64,000 bases of DNA from Gammaproteobacteria bacterium (GCA_026710875.1 JAPOQE010000113.1:3144-67143); one strand, 5' to 3'. Shown: positions 40,813 to 52,365, numbered from the stretch's first letter. The notes: a model not told the origin generated them from the sequence alone. Translations and numbers: made by a program.

Positions 40813-42744
40813 ATGGACGAGACTCGCTACCCCCTGTTGGCCAAGATTGACTGCCCTGCCGATCTACGGTCCCTGAGGCCAGACCAGCTTAGGTCAGTCG
40901 CGGACGAGCTGCGGGGTTTCCTGCTGGACTCTATTGCAAGTTGTGGAGGGCATTTCGGTGGCGGCCTCGGCGCTGTTGAAATTACCACTGCGTTGCATTA
41001 CGTCTTCAACACCCCGCATGACCGAATCGTGTGGGACGTAGGCCACCAGTGCTACCCCCATAAAATCCTCACCGGCCGGAAAGACCGCATCACAACGATC
41101 CGGACACAGGGCGGACTAGCTCCGTTTCCAAAACGATGCGAAAGCGAGCACGACCATTTCGGCACAGGCCATTCGAGCACATCCATCGGCGCTGCCCTCG
41201 GGATGGCAATTGCCAGTGCCAAGCAAAACACGGGGCGTCATGTCATTGCCGTGATTGGAGATGGAGGGATTACCGGAGGAATGGCCTACGAAGCCCTGAA
41301 CCATTTGGGCGCCAGCGATGCCAACCTTCTGGTGATACTCAATGACAACGAGATGTCAATTTCGCCCAATATCGGTGCCATGACAAATTACCTGACCCGG
41401 ATACTTTCAGGACAAATGTCGGCGACGATCAGCAAGAGCAGTGAAAAGCTGCTGCAGCCCATTCCCTTTGCCAATGAGTTTGTCGAGCGCATTACGGAAC
41501 ATGTAAAGGGCGTTGTGACACCTCCCGGCACACTGTTTGAGGAGCTCGGTGTGAGTTATTACGGGCCTGCAAACGGTCACGACATCAACAGTCTGACAAA
41601 AATTCTGCAGAATCTGAAACGCCTGAAGGGTCCTCGCCTGCTCCATATCTGCACCGTCAAGGGGAAAGGCTACGCAAAAGCCGAATCCGATCCTGTCGGC
41701 TACCATGCCGTGCCCACATTCGAGCCGGAAGTCGGGGTGGTCAAGTCAGGTGCACAGCCCAAGGTGACCTACACGAAGGTCTTCAGTGACTGGCTGTGCG
41801 ACATTGCCAAGCAGGATGACCGGGTGATGGCAATCACGCCTGCCATGCGAGAAGGATCGGGCCTCGTCCAGTTCTCCAAGGAGTTCCCTGACCGCTACTT
41901 CGATGTCGCAATTGCAGAACAGCATTCCGTCACACTGGCCGCAGGCATGGCCTGTGAGAATGCCAAACCGGTTGTCGCCATCTATTCGACCTTTTTACAG
42001 CGTGCTTATGATCAGCTGATCCATGATGTGGCGGTACAGAACCTCCCTGTCATGTTTGCAATTGACCGGGCCGGGGTGGTTGGCGGGGATGGCCAGACCC
42101 ATGCCGGCAGCTTTGACCTCACCTATCTGCGCTGCGTGCCCAACATGGTGGTCATGACACCCGGCGATGAGAACGAAACACGGCGTATGCTATACACGGC
42201 CTATTTGCAGGAGTGTCCCGCTGCCGTGCGTTACCCGAGAGGCAGTGGTCCTGGCATTCCAGTGGAACCTGAAATGAAAGCCGTTGAAGTCGGCAAGGCA
42301 AAAGTCATACGCCAGGGCAAGCGCATTGCGATCCTGGCCTTCGGCAGCCCTGTGTACGATGCCCTCGAGGTCGGAGAACAGCTGGATGCCACCGTGGTCA
42401 ATATGAGGTTCGTCAAGCCGATCGATCAGGCACTGATCATTGATATAGCCAAGGCACACGACTGTATCGTCACGGTTGAAGACAATGCCGTGATGGGAGG
42501 TGCAGGCTCTGCGGTCAATGAAGTTCTCGCAGTCAGTAGGATTCCTGTCTGCATCAAGAATCTGGGCTTACCGGATCATTACCTGGATCATGCTACACGC
42601 GAAGAACAGTTATCTGATGCGGGACTGGATACAGTCTGCATACTGAAGTCCATCCAGCAGTTTGTAGAAGAGATTCAGGAGAAAAAGGAGAAAAAGCCGG
42701 CTGCCAAGCAAGTCAGGAAACGAAAACCCAAAACCGCTTCATAA
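40813..42744 (+). CDS. dxs: 1-deoxy-D-xylulose-5-phosphate synthase
   Basis: 643 aa. TPP-binding GDG(X)n-N motif ([19 protein letters not shown]...NDN) and transketolase-like domains. Confidence 0.97.
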   Translation: MDETRYPLLAKIDCPADLRSLRPDQLRSVADELRGFLLDSIASCGGHFGGGLGAVEITTALHYVFNTPHDRIVWDVGHQCYPHKILTGRKDRITTIRTQGGLAPFPKRCESEHDHFGTGHSSTSIGAALGMAIASAKQNTGRHVIAVIGDGGITGGMAYEALNHLGASDANLLVILNDNEMSISPNIGAMTNYLTRILSGQMSATISKSSEKLLQPIPFANEFVERITEHVKGVVTPPGTLFEELGVSYYGPANGHDINSLTKILQNLKRLKGPRLLHICTVKGKGYAKAESDPVGYHAVPTFEPEVGVVKSGAQPKVTYTKVFSDWLCDIAKQDDRVMAITPAMREGSGLVQFSKEFPDRYFDVAIAEQHSVTLAAGMACENAKPVVAIYSTFLQRAYDQLIHDVAVQNLPVMFAIDRAGVVGGDGQTHAGSFDLTYLRCVPNMVVMTPGDENETRRMLYTAYLQECPAAVRYPRGSGPGIPVEPEMKAVEVGKAKVIRQGKRIAILAFGSPVYDALEVGEQLDATVVNMRFVKPIDQALIIDIAKAHDCIVTVEDNAVMGGAGSAVNEVLAVSRIPVCIKNLGLPDHYLDHATREEQLSDAGLDTVCILKSIQQFVEEIQEKKEKKPAAKQVRKRKPKTAS

Positions 42745-42802
42745 GAGTCCTATATATTCAAGGCCCTCAGCCAAGAATAAGAAAGCCCCAACCTATTACA
42801 GT

Positions 42803-43246
42803 CTAGGCTTCTCTTTTGTTTTCATTGCCAAGCTTTTCATTTATCAGTACAGCGATTTCAATCAGTTCATCTACTAGCTGGTTGCCTACATCAAAATAGC
42901 CTTCATATTCCATGCCGTTGCATTTGGTATGCGCGTAATTGACTACCCGGCATTTAGAACGACCCAATTGAATCGTATGCTCCAACGTTGAAATAACAGT
43001 GCTGCGATGCCCTTGTGCATTTTTGTTCGCACGAAATCCGCTTCTTCGCAAAGCTGCGTAGGCAAGTGAAAAACAAGCATCATACGCAAGAACAAATCGG
43101 CTGTTTATGGAGAGTCCCGTATTTTGCGCGTCTGCTAACCGTTGTGAGCCAATAGTAATGAAGCTTTGCACTTCATCCTGCGTGCTTTCCTCGTTAATCA
43201 AGCGTGGGGGTTGTGTGCGCGTAAGATTCTCTAGGTTGTTTACCAC
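42803..43246 (-). CDS. putative HEPN-domain toxin partner of the upstream nucleotidyltransferase
   Basis: 147 aa. Translationally coupled (1-nt overlap) to the MNT gene. Candidate R-x5-H motif (RVVNYAH). AT-rich insertion. The family assignment is tentative. Confidence 0.45.
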   Translation of the reverse strand: MVNNLENLTRTQPPRLINEESTQDEVQSFITIGSQRLADAQNTGLSINSRFVLAYDACFSLAYAALRRSGFRANKNAQGHRSTVISTLEHTIQLGRSKCRVVNYAHTKCNGMEYEGYFDVGNQLVDELIEIAVLINEKLGNENKREA

Positions 43247-43806
43247 TAGACCAGCTCAATTCGTGGTCTATCCATTACTTTTCTAATGAAGTAATGATCA
43301 CTACTCAATCTTTCACTGAATTCAGTCGTAGTGTAAAGGGTGGGATTAATCGATCTCATTAATTCCCCACTTAAGTGATCAACATGATCAATTATTTCTT
43401 CCCATTTAAGCTCGTCGGTCACAACCATTAAATCAACATCGCTTTCAGCGTTTTCAGTACCGCTTGCAAATGAACCGTATATGAATGCACGTTCAATTTT
43501 GTCTTTTATCGGCAGCAAAGCTTCTTTAAACGGTTCAGAGATACCGAATGTTTTGCGAATCAGGCTATATAATTCTTTGTAGATTGGGCTATTTTGATTC
43601 GCCTGATAATGAACCTGGTTGCCTCTTTTTTCGGCAGTGAGAATCCCAGATTGTTTGAATCGCTTAAGCTCTTTGCTGACGGCATTCGAGCCTGTATCAA
43701 CCATTCGGATCAATTCATTTGTGTAAAATGATTCACCGGGATTGTTGAATATCAGAGTCAGAATACGCCTTTGCGTCTTATTGAATACGTGATCCAGCGT
43801 GGCCAT
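43246..43806 (-). CDS. wHTH-fused minimal nucleotidyltransferase (MNT / AbiEii-like)
   Basis: N-terminal winged-helix (RILTLIFNNPGESFYTNELIRMV) fused to NTase motif GSFASGTENAESDVDLMVV. Start at MATLDH (43806). Confidence 0.8.
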   Translation of the reverse strand: MATLDHVFNKTQRRILTLIFNNPGESFYTNELIRMVDTGSNAVSKELKRFKQSGILTAEKRGNQVHYQANQNSPIYKELYSLIRKTFGISEPFKEALLPIKDKIERAFIYGSFASGTENAESDVDLMVVTDELKWEEIIDHVDHLSGELMRSINPTLYTTTEFSERLSSDHYFIRKVMDRPRIELV

Positions 43807-43816
43807 ACCCTCACCT

Positions 43817-43862
43817 ATCATTCATCTAATATGGAACGATCATGCCCTATTTAATGAATGAT
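43817..43862. promoter_or_regulatory. inverted repeat operator candidate upstream of the wHTH-MNT gene
   Basis: 9-bp arms ATCATTCAT ... ATGAATGAT separated by about 28 nt, immediately 5' of the MNT RBS. Confidence 0.35.
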
Positions 43863-43983
43863 TACAAATGATATAGCTTACGTGATGATTGGAAAAGCTG
43901 ACTCCTTGCTTATTACAATCAATACGTTATGAAGGATTCAGGCTCTCCTAATTGGAGTCTTGCCTGAAAATGCGGTTCTACTG

Positions 43984-45060
43984 CTACGCGCGCGGGTAGT
44001 TCCCTGGGTAAGCCGCCAGGATCCTGCGCAGCAGCGTCCTGGCCTTGTCTGCGGATATGACGGTCTGCTGCCCAGCCCCATGAGCTGTAATCAGCGTCTG
44101 CTTGCCCTGACTTAGCAGATGCACCTGATAGTGCTTTGCAACAGCTTCTGTCTCTTGCAAACCCGCCTCTGCGGAAACCGGGTCAGGCAATATGGAAACA
44201 AAGTAGATTCCCTGGTCGCGATTGTGATCTTCAACCACCAGACCCGAGCGATCCAGGGCTATACCGGTTCTGCGCCAGACCCTCGAGAACACATCACCCA
44301 CCAGTAATACCGGGATCCCTTCTACCTCCCTGACATCCAGATAAAGGGCACGGGAGTCCGGACTTGCAAACTTCAATTCAGCATCATCCTTTGATGCACC
44401 CAGGAATCCCATGAGGCGAATGGTCATCTCCGCCTCGCGGTCAACATTGGGAGACTGTGGTTTCCACAGGATCTGGTCGTTCGCGTTCACTGCCGCGACT
44501 TCAAGACCACGCTGTGTCAGATAGATATTGGTCACTGCATTGGGCTGGCGCTCCAGGCGCGTTCGAAACTTCTCCGTCACCACGTCAACTCCCTCTTGGT
44601 CGGATGAAGTACCTTGAAGGCGGCTCATATCCTGTGTCCAGTGTGTTTCCATGTACCCAAGTGCAGGTTCATCCTCGGCAATGGTGAAACCTTCCTCCTG
44701 CCAGAACTTGCGCAGAATCGGCCACAGCGTTACCGGATCAGTATCGACTTCCAGCCAGCGGGTCGGGCCTTCCTGGCGCACACGCATTTCAAGATATTCG
44801 GGTAGTACCCCTGCCCCCAGTGCAGGCGCCTGCGTCTCCAGCGCGCTGACCCGGTCGCCTGCGATCTTCGGAATCTTCAAGCTGTTATCCCAGTCCGGTG
44901 TCACCATGTCGGGCGGGGCTTCAAGTGGCTTCGTGGAGACACTGTCCGAGTAGTCCTTGTCTCCTATTTTCAGAAAACTGCAGCTGCCCAATGCCAGAGA
45001 CAACAAGGCCAGGAGGGCCGCAGACTGCATCAATAAATTTCGATTACGCATAGGAGTCAC
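43984..45060 (-). CDS. bamC: outer membrane protein assembly factor BamC (NlpB) lipoprotein
   Basis: Lipobox LALGSC. Downstream of dapA as in E. coli dapA-nlpB. LWPILRKFWQEEGFTIAEDE...THW resembles the BamC LWPQVVSVLQAKNYTI...TDW region. Confidence 0.7.
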   Translation of the reverse strand: MTPMRNRNLLMQSAALLALLSLALGSCSFLKIGDKDYSDSVSTKPLEAPPDMVTPDWDNSLKIPKIAGDRVSALETQAPALGAGVLPEYLEMRVRQEGPTRWLEVDTDPVTLWPILRKFWQEEGFTIAEDEPALGYMETHWTQDMSRLQGTSSDQEGVDVVTEKFRTRLERQPNAVTNIYLTQRGLEVAAVNANDQILWKPQSPNVDREAEMTIRLMGFLGASKDDAELKFASPDSRALYLDVREVEGIPVLLVGDVFSRVWRRTGIALDRSGLVVEDHNRDQGIYFVSILPDPVSAEAGLQETEAVAKHYQVHLLSQGKQTLITAHGAGQQTVISADKARTLLRRILAAYPGNYPRA

Positions 45061-45070
45061 TCAGTTGTAT

Positions 45071-45958
45071 TTATATACTGCCCGCCGCCTGCAAGGCTTC
45101 ACGCATTGTTTCATGGTAAGCGCTAGACAGGGGGGTCATGGGCAGACGTATGCCAGATGGAAACAAACCCATTTCGGTCAGGCACCACTTTACCGGAATC
45201 GGGTTGGACTCTACAAACAGGTCCCTGTTCAGGCTTTCAAGGCGCATGTTGGCTTGCTGTGCCTTGTACCGGTCTCCCTCCAGGCAGGCCATGCACATGG
45301 CATGAAACAGCTTGGGGGCAACGTTTCCTGTCACGGTAATTACACCTTTTCCACCGGCAAGCATGAATTCCATGGCGGTGGCATCATCGCCGCTGATCAA
45401 CAAAAATCCTTCCCTGCAATCCGCCAGGATCTCCTGGCAGCGACGGATATCGCCAGTCGCTTCCTTGATCCCTATGATGTGGTCTACCTTGGAAAGCCGG
45501 ATTGCCGTGGATGCCAACATGTCACAGGCGGTACGCCCGGGGACATTATACAAAATCTGCGGGATCGAAACGGCTTTGGCGACTGCTTCATAATGCTGTA
45601 CCAGCCCTTCCTGGGTGGGCTTGTTGTAATACGGGGTGACCAGCAGGCAGGCATCGGCACCCGCATCCTTGGCACACTGGGTCAGCTCGATCGTCTCATG
45701 TGTTGCGTTGGACCCGGTACCGGCGATGACCGGAACCCGCCCCTTTACCTGATCGACGACAAATCGAATGACCTCGCAATGCTCCGCGTGATTAAGGGTT
45801 GCCGACTCCCCCGTGGTACCCGCTGGCACCAGCGCATCCGTGTCATTCTCGATATGGAATTCGACATAGTCTGCCAATACACCATAGTCGACTGAGCCGT
45901 CTTCTCGCATCGGCGTAGCCATTGCGACCATGCTGCCTTTAAACACCGGAATCCCCAA
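45071..45958 (-). CDS. dapA: 4-hydroxy-tetrahydrodipicolinate synthase
   Basis: DapA TIM-barrel motifs (GTTGESATL, active-site K in GIKEATG). Confidence 0.95.
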   Translation of the reverse strand: MGIPVFKGSMVAMATPMREDGSVDYGVLADYVEFHIENDTDALVPAGTTGESATLNHAEHCEVIRFVVDQVKGRVPVIAGTGSNATHETIELTQCAKDAGADACLLVTPYYNKPTQEGLVQHYEAVAKAVSIPQILYNVPGRTACDMLASTAIRLSKVDHIIGIKEATGDIRRCQEILADCREGFLLISGDDATAMEFMLAGGKGVITVTGNVAPKLFHAMCMACLEGDRYKAQQANMRLESLNRDLFVESNPIPVKWCLTEMGLFPSGIRLPMTPLSSAYHETMREALQAAGSI

Positions 45959-46068
45959 CGAATTTCAATTCAGAAAGGTCTCGGATAGTACTCACCGAAC
46001 CCTGCCATTACAAGAAAATAACGGGCCGTACGTGGCCTCGACCGACTGGACCTGCGGTCCTGTGATCC

Positions 46069-47166
46069 CTATGCATCGGGAAGGGCTTGCTGTTTCTGCC
46101 AGGAACCCTTGTTGATCGAGGTCCAGGCCCGGATCACCGCATGAAACAGCGTTGCCAGGGGAATAGCGAAAAACACGCCCCACACACCCCAGATTCCACC
46201 AAAGATCAGTACCGCAGCGATGATTGCAACGGGGTGAAGATTCACGATCTCGGAAAATAGCACAGGCACCAGGACGTTGCCGTCGAGTATCTGGATCGCG
46301 GCATAGGCCAACAGCACATACACAAACTGCGTGCTTGGCCCCCACTGAAAATAGGCTACAAACATCACCGGTATGGTCACAACGGCCGCACCGACGTAAG
46401 GAATGATGACGGAGATGCCGACCAGGAACGAAAGCAGCATTGCGTACTTGAGGCCGAAGAACATAAACGTGACGTAGGTGGCAATCCAAACCACCAGGAT
46501 TTCAATCACCTTGCCACGGATATAGCTGGCAATTTTCTTGTTGACCTCGATCCAGACTTCATTGGTCAGCTCCCGGTTGGAAGGCAGAAAGCCTTCCGCC
46601 CATACCAGGATCTTGCGCTTGTCCTTGAGAAAAAAGAACACAAGCAACGGGACGATGATGAGGTAGACCGTGATTGTGAGCAGGCCAACCACGGATTCCA
46701 GCGGCTGGCTGAGAAAATTTTGACCTACCGCGATCAATTGGGCACGCAAGGAGTCGATCAACTCCATGACCTGTTCTTCGGTAATGATCTGGGCAAGGGT
46801 CGGGTATTTATCCGGCAATTGCATCAACAGGTTTTGGCCCTGCGTGATCATGCCGGGGAGTTCACGGAAAAACTGCGTGAGCTGCTGTGACAGTTTCGGG
46901 ATCAGGCCAAACAGGATCAGGATCAGCAAAGCGATAAAGCCAAGAAATACCAGCAGCAATGCCAGCAACCTGGGGATCCTGCCATGCTGCAGCAGCCCGA
47001 CAACTCCATCCAGCACGTAGGCGATCACGATGCTGGCAATCAGAGGGGCCAGAAGATCGCCAAACAACAATACACTTGTAAATCCGACAATCAGGCAGAG
47101 TGCAAGGATGACAATCTGCGGATTCGAGAAGTTCTGCTGGTACCAGTTTTTGATGTATTCGATCAT
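46069..47166 (-). CDS. AI-2E family transporter (UPF0118, PerM/YdiK-like)
   Basis: 8-TM protein with the conserved AI-2E core (VVGLLTITVYLIIVPLLVFFFLKD...). Confidence 0.85.
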   Translation of the reverse strand: MIEYIKNWYQQNFSNPQIVILALCLIVGFTSVLLFGDLLAPLIASIVIAYVLDGVVGLLQHGRIPRLLALLLVFLGFIALLILILFGLIPKLSQQLTQFFRELPGMITQGQNLLMQLPDKYPTLAQIITEEQVMELIDSLRAQLIAVGQNFLSQPLESVVGLLTITVYLIIVPLLVFFFLKDKRKILVWAEGFLPSNRELTNEVWIEVNKKIASYIRGKVIEILVVWIATYVTFMFFGLKYAMLLSFLVGISVIIPYVGAAVVTIPVMFVAYFQWGPSTQFVYVLLAYAAIQILDGNVLVPVLFSEIVNLHPVAIIAAVLIFGGIWGVWGVFFAIPLATLFHAVIRAWTSINKGSWQKQQALPDA

Positions 47167-47304
47167 CTATCGATGGGATACCTTGAATGGAGAAACTGAA
47201 TCAGGCGTATACCGGGGCTTGGGCTGGGTTCCTCAGGCAGTCCGACTGAGAAGCGGCCAGACTGCTCATTGTCATCTCAGGCAGACAGAACACTGTACGG
47301 AGGT

Positions 47305-48213
47305 TCATACAGCCTGTTTTTTCGGACCACAGTAACCGCGCGCATAGTCCAGCAATTCATCCATGGCACGCAGGCGAAACTTCTGTCGCTGGCGGACAAA
47401 GGAAAAATTCCGCTCAAGCTGAGGCTCGAGGTTCAGCTTGTTCAACACATTGAGCTTCAGTTCTTTTTCTATCGTTGCAGTGGAGACAATGGATACCCCC
47501 ATGCCGGCCTCGACCGCCCCCTTGATGGATTCCGGGCTACCCAGTTCCAGGCAAATATTCAGACTGTTCCGGTCCAGTCCCATCTTGGTCATGTAGCCGA
47601 TGATGACATCCCGCGTACCCGAACCTTCCTCGCGGCTGATGAACGGGAAGTGCATGAGTTCATCCATGGTGATGGAAGACCGCTTTGCGATTTCATGTCC
47701 GGGGGGCACGATCACTACCAGGTGATCGATACGGCAGACTTCTACCAGCAGGTTCTTGTTGGTGACCGGCCCCTCCACGATCCCCAGATCGATCATGCTG
47801 TTTTCAATCATGGACACGATGCCTTCTGTATTGGAAACCTTCAGGCGCAACTGGATTTCGGGGAATTTCTTTGTAAAGCCGCTCAGCAGGCTCGGCAGCA
47901 TGTATTCGGCAATGGTGGTACTGGCCCCCAGGGTCAGGGTGCCGCTCAGATCACTGGTCAGCTCCTTGACGAAATTTTCCATCTCCGCATACAGCTCGAA
48001 GATCTGTTCAGCATACTCGTAGGACCTGCGCCCGGCTTCTGTCAGCGTAACGCGATTGTGGGTGCGATCGAACAGCCGGGTATTGAAGTGCTCCTCGAGC
48101 TGGCGTACCTGAAACGTCACCGCCGGTTGCGTCATGTGCAGCGTCTCCGCTGCCTTGGTGAAGCTCAGCAATTTCGCAACGGTATAGAAAACTTGCAGCC
48201 GACGATCTGCCAT
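47305..48213 (-). CDS. LysR family transcriptional regulator
   Basis: N-terminal LysR HTH (LQVFYTVAKLLSFTKAAETLHMTQPAVTFQVRQLE) and substrate-binding domain. Confidence 0.9.
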   Translation of the reverse strand: MADRRLQVFYTVAKLLSFTKAAETLHMTQPAVTFQVRQLEEHFNTRLFDRTHNRVTLTEAGRRSYEYAEQIFELYAEMENFVKELTSDLSGTLTLGASTTIAEYMLPSLLSGFTKKFPEIQLRLKVSNTEGIVSMIENSMIDLGIVEGPVTNKNLLVEVCRIDHLVVIVPPGHEIAKRSSITMDELMHFPFISREEGSGTRDVIIGYMTKMGLDRNSLNICLELGSPESIKGAVEAGMGVSIVSTATIEKELKLNVLNKLNLEPQLERNFSFVRQRQKFRLRAMDELLDYARGYCGPKKQAV

Positions 48214-48504
48214 CTAGACTCCCCTGGAGCTTGTTTTGGTGCCAGATTAACGTAGTATACACGCATGCAATGAACCCAGTCGTATGAATTTTATAGCCTA
48301 TAAAATAAAATATATGACACATTCTGACAGGCCTCATTGCTCCAAGCTGACACGCCTCCCCCGCCAACGCCACCGCAGGTACATCGCCAGCATTCTACAG
48401 GCTGCAATCGTCCCAGCCATCTGTGATTCAACCCTCCGATCCTTCATGATCACGGGCCGTAGTCTGCAATTTTTCCGCAACGAGTACACAGGAATTCAGT
48501 CACT

Positions 48505-50232
48505 ATGCGCGTAAGCCGGTTTCCATTATTTACGCTCAAGGAATCTCCGGCGGATGCTGAGCTGGTCAGTCACCAGCTGATGCTGCGTGCCGGCATGATT
48601 CGCCGCCTGGCCTCGGGACTGTATACGTGGTTGCCTTTGGGCGTGCGCATCTTGCGCAAAGTGGAGAACGTGATACGCGAGGAGATGGACAAGTCGGGGG
48701 CCGTTGAAGTGCTCATGCCGTCCATACAGCCGGCTGAACTCTGGCAGGAATCAGGGCGCTGGGTTCAGTACGGACCTGAATTGCTGCGCCTGCAGGACCG
48801 CCATTCCAGGGACTTCTGTTACGGGCCGACGCATGAAGAAGTGATCACCGACCTGGTCCGTCGTGAAATACGCAGCTATCGGCAATTGCCGGTAAATTAT
48901 TACCAGATCCAGACCAAGTTCCGGGACGAGATTCGACCACGCTTCGGAGTCATGCGTGCACGCGAGTTCATCATGAAGGATGCCTACTCCTTTCATCTCA
49001 GCAAGGAGTGCCTCGAATCCACATACAACACGATGTACGCCGCTTATGTCAGCATCTTTACGCGGCTCGGACTGGACTTTAAAACCGTGGAGGCGGACAC
49101 CGGCAGTATTGGAGGGAGTGTGTCACACGAATTCCATGTGCTGGCAGATTCCGGAGAAGATGCGATCGCATTCTCAACAGAAAGTGACTATGCGGCCAAT
49201 GTCGAACTTGCACCGGTGGCCCCAATACGAAATGCGGATACTGCACCTGCCCAGGCGCTCGAGAAAATTGGAACGCCTGACTGCGGCAGCATCGAGGAAG
49301 TGTGCAAGCTATTGGAGGTGACTCCCAATCAGGTGGCAAAAACCCTGATCGTGAAAGGCCCATCGGACTCACTGGTCGCGCTTGTGTTGCGCGGAGACCA
49401 TGAGCTGAATGCCGTGAAAGCACAGAAACTTGAAGGCGTGGCAGAGCCGCTGGAATTTGCCAGCGAACAGGAAATAGAAACCAAGCTCGGTTGCAGGATC
49501 GGCTCACTCGGACCCCTGCAGTTGAATTGCCCGATCATCATGGACCATTCTGCTCACTTGCTGAGGAACTTCGTCTGCGGAGCCAACGAGGAAGGCTTCC
49601 ACTACATGGGAGCCAACTGGGAGCGTGACTTGCAAGGTTTCGACCAGTACGAGAGCCAGGACCTGCGCAAGATTACAACCGGAGATGCCAGTCCGGATGG
49701 GAAGGGTTCAGTCACCGTCAAGCGAGGGATTGAAGTTGGCCACATCTTCCAATTGGGCAACAAGTACAGCACCGCACTCAAGGCCAGTGTATTGGATCAG
49801 AATGGGAGCGAGCAGGTCGTGACGATGGGTTGTTATGGTATCGGTGTCACGCGCGTGATAGCTGCCGCCATTGAACAGAACTTTGACGAGCAGGGCATAT
49901 GCTGGCCCCAGTCACTTGCTCCCTTCAGTGTCTCCATCATCCCCATCAATGCAAAGAAATCCAGGCAGGTCCAGGAAGTCAGCGAGCAGCTGCACCACAA
50001 GCTTGAAGCTGCGGGGCTGGAGGTGTTGCTGGATGACCGTGACTTGCGTGCCGGCTTGTTATTCGCCGACCATGAACTGATCGGTATCCCTCACCGTATC
50101 GTGGTAAGTGAACGGGGCCTGCAACAAAACGAGGTCGAGTATAAAAATCGAAGCGGGCAAGAGACTCAACAAGTGCCTGTGGAAAATGCCCTTGAGTTTC
50201 TGAAGAATAGTATCTTGGCATCCCAGACCTGA
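48505..50232 (+). CDS. proS: proline--tRNA ligase
   Basis: 575 aa class II aaRS with the bacterial-type editing insertion domain and anticodon-binding domain. Confidence 0.97.
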   Translation: MRVSRFPLFTLKESPADAELVSHQLMLRAGMIRRLASGLYTWLPLGVRILRKVENVIREEMDKSGAVEVLMPSIQPAELWQESGRWVQYGPELLRLQDRHSRDFCYGPTHEEVITDLVRREIRSYRQLPVNYYQIQTKFRDEIRPRFGVMRAREFIMKDAYSFHLSKECLESTYNTMYAAYVSIFTRLGLDFKTVEADTGSIGGSVSHEFHVLADSGEDAIAFSTESDYAANVELAPVAPIRNADTAPAQALEKIGTPDCGSIEEVCKLLEVTPNQVAKTLIVKGPSDSLVALVLRGDHELNAVKAQKLEGVAEPLEFASEQEIETKLGCRIGSLGPLQLNCPIIMDHSAHLLRNFVCGANEEGFHYMGANWERDLQGFDQYESQDLRKITTGDASPDGKGSVTVKRGIEVGHIFQLGNKYSTALKASVLDQNGSEQVVTMGCYGIGVTRVIAAAIEQNFDEQGICWPQSLAPFSVSIIPINAKKSRQVQEVSEQLHHKLEAAGLEVLLDDRDLRAGLLFADHELIGIPHRIVVSERGLQQNEVEYKNRSGQETQQVPVENALEFLKNSILASQT

Positions 50233-50458
50233 TGCGCTAAATGTGCGGGTGCATACACCCTGCCTCCTGACCCAGACGCCGATGCGTCCAGCTTGGATAG
50301 ACCATTTAGAATCTTATTCTGCTGATCTCCTGCAACTCTTCAATTTGTCTCATCGGGCCATCTGCTTTGAGGACTAATGAAAACCGAACAGATTGCGTGT
50401 TCACTATAAATAGGAATTTAACCTTGTAAATATGAGGTTATACTTCTAGAATACAAGA

Positions 50459-51667
50459 ATGTTAGCCCGCGAAGCATTTGAGTTAGTCAATACACGTTTG
50501 ATGCACTTTGATAGCGTGGCGCTCATTGGCCCACGGCAAGTAGGGAAGACAACGCTCGCGCGGCAGATTGCTGGCGAGTGGAGCAGTGGTGCAAAATATC
50601 TGGATCTCGAGAATCCTGCAGACCGTCGTCTGCTGGACGACCCAGCAGCCTACCTCTCAACCTATGCCAGTCAGCTGATCGTTCTGGATGAGATCCACCG
50701 CGCGCCCGAGATATTTCAGGTTCTCAGGGGGCAAATCGACGAACGTCGCCGTATGCCAGGAGAGACCGGTAGGTTCCTGATTCTGGGATCAGCATCCATA
50801 GACCTGTTACGTCAGTCGTCAGAAAACCTGGCGGGTCGGATAAGCTATGTTGAATTGGCGCCGTTTACGACACGAGAGGTTTCGCGCCAAAGCTCACCCT
50901 CCGAGGACAGTTCGGCAAATGGACTTGACCGCCTCTGGGTGCAGGGCGGCTTTCCTCCAAGTTATCTCCGCGACGATGAAAGTGTGAGTTTGCGCTGGCG
51001 CACTGATTTCATTCAGACGTATTTAGAGCGGGATCTTCCGCAATTCGGTTTGCAAGTTTCCACTGATCGCATGGATCTGTTCTGGCGCATGATTTCCAAC
51101 GATCAAGGCGAATTATTCAATGCACAGCGTTATGCACGATCCTTGGGAGTGAGCGGACATACCGTTAGCCATTATCTTGATGTTCTCCACAAATTGCTCA
51201 TGCTTCGTGTGTTGCGACCTTGGTATGCCAACACAGGCAAGCGTCTCGTCAAGTCACCGCGGCCATATGTACGTGATAGCGGTATCCTGCACGCACTTCT
51301 GGGTCTGCGCACCATGGACGATCTCCTGTCTCACCCGGTAGCCGGAAAGAGTTGGGAGGGCTTTGTCATCGAAAATCTCATTAGTTCCACCACAGGGCGA
51401 GCAAACCCTTACTTTTATCGCACAGGTGCAGGTGCCGAGATTGATCTAGTTCTCGAGTTTGCGCCAGGCAAATGCTGGGCAATCGAAATCAAGCTGTCAA
51501 GCGCACCCACTGTCGACCGAGGTTTTTACAACGCAACAGATGATATCGGTGCAGAACGGCGGATTTTGGTTCACAAGGGAAAGGACTTGTTCCCCATGCG
51601 TCATGGCGTTGAGGCAATGCCGTTGCATGAAGCCATGAATGAAGTCAGTGCAGCGTTAAACGAATGA
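50459..51667 (+). CDS. AAA family ATPase (AAA_14 + DUF4143)
   Basis: Walker A GPRQVGKTT. DUF4143 C-terminal region. AT-rich flanks on both sides. Confidence 0.8.
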   Translation: MLAREAFELVNTRLMHFDSVALIGPRQVGKTTLARQIAGEWSSGAKYLDLENPADRRLLDDPAAYLSTYASQLIVLDEIHRAPEIFQVLRGQIDERRRMPGETGRFLILGSASIDLLRQSSENLAGRISYVELAPFTTREVSRQSSPSEDSSANGLDRLWVQGGFPPSYLRDDESVSLRWRTDFIQTYLERDLPQFGLQVSTDRMDLFWRMISNDQGELFNAQRYARSLGVSGHTVSHYLDVLHKLLMLRVLRPWYANTGKRLVKSPRPYVRDSGILHALLGLRTMDDLLSHPVAGKSWEGFVIENLISSTTGRANPYFYRTGAGAEIDLVLEFAPGKCWAIEIKLSSAPTVDRGFYNATDDIGAERRILVHKGKDLFPMRHGVEAMPLHEAMNEVSAALNE

Positions 51668-51920
51668 GTCCTGAAACCCGTTACATCCTACGAAAGCTGT
51701 CCTGGATTGATAAGGAACCAAAGGCCCTCTACATCGATGAAGATGTCCTATAGGTAAATTGAAAAACAGCAAGCGATTATTCTGGGACACGCAATTTTGC
51801 GTTCGTGATGAGGAGCCGCTACTCGGCAGTTATGTATTTTTGTTACGTATTCCTGTACCATTTGCTACGTAAATTAGTACAGATCTTCGATACATCCAAC
51901 CTCACTCAAACTAATTTGGC

Positions 51921-52250
51921 ATGAAATCCAAACTGCGTATTACAGCCCTGATCGTAGCAAGCCTTCTTGCCCTGTCCTCCTGTGAAACCATCGAGTTGAC
52001 GCATGAGGGGGAAAAGGCACGTGTCCTTAGCCCTGATGACGTGAAAAACTGCCAGAAGAACGGTGCAGCGACAGTCAGTATCAGCGAGGAATACCTGGGT
52101 CTTGTACCGAAACGGGCATCAACGATTGCCAACCAGCTGCAACGCCTGGCGCGCAACAGCGCGATTCACATGGGTGGTGACACAGTCGTGCCCATGTCAA
52201 AAATGGACCGCGGGCAACAGACGTTTGCCGTCTTTCGCTGTATCCCCTGA
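51921..52250 (+). CDS. small lipoprotein (lipobox LLALSSC), DUF4156-like
   Basis: Signal peptide plus lipobox. 109 aa. Convergent with the DUF2063 gene. Confidence 0.55.
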   Translation: MKSKLRITALIVASLLALSSCETIELTHEGEKARVLSPDDVKNCQKNGAATVSISEEYLGLVPKRASTIANQLQRLARNSAIHMGGDTVVPMSKMDRGQQTFAVFRCIP

Positions 52251-52365
52251 TACGGCAGAACTTTATCAGCCCTGATTCTCTCGGGCGTTACCTTATCAGT
52301 CCGGTGTAGTCCGGCGAAGCAAAGCTGCCGCGGCTAAATGCCGAAAGGCTCGACCAAACAAGTCG

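Noticed and set aside
44957-45895. 312-aa plus-strand ORF covering dapA
   Set aside because: The dapA frame on the minus strand has the canonical DapA motifs. The plus-strand ORF is shadow-frame.
47269-48255. 328-aa plus-strand ORF covering the LysR gene
   Set aside because: The minus-strand frame encodes a textbook LysR HTH. The plus-strand frame is shadow.
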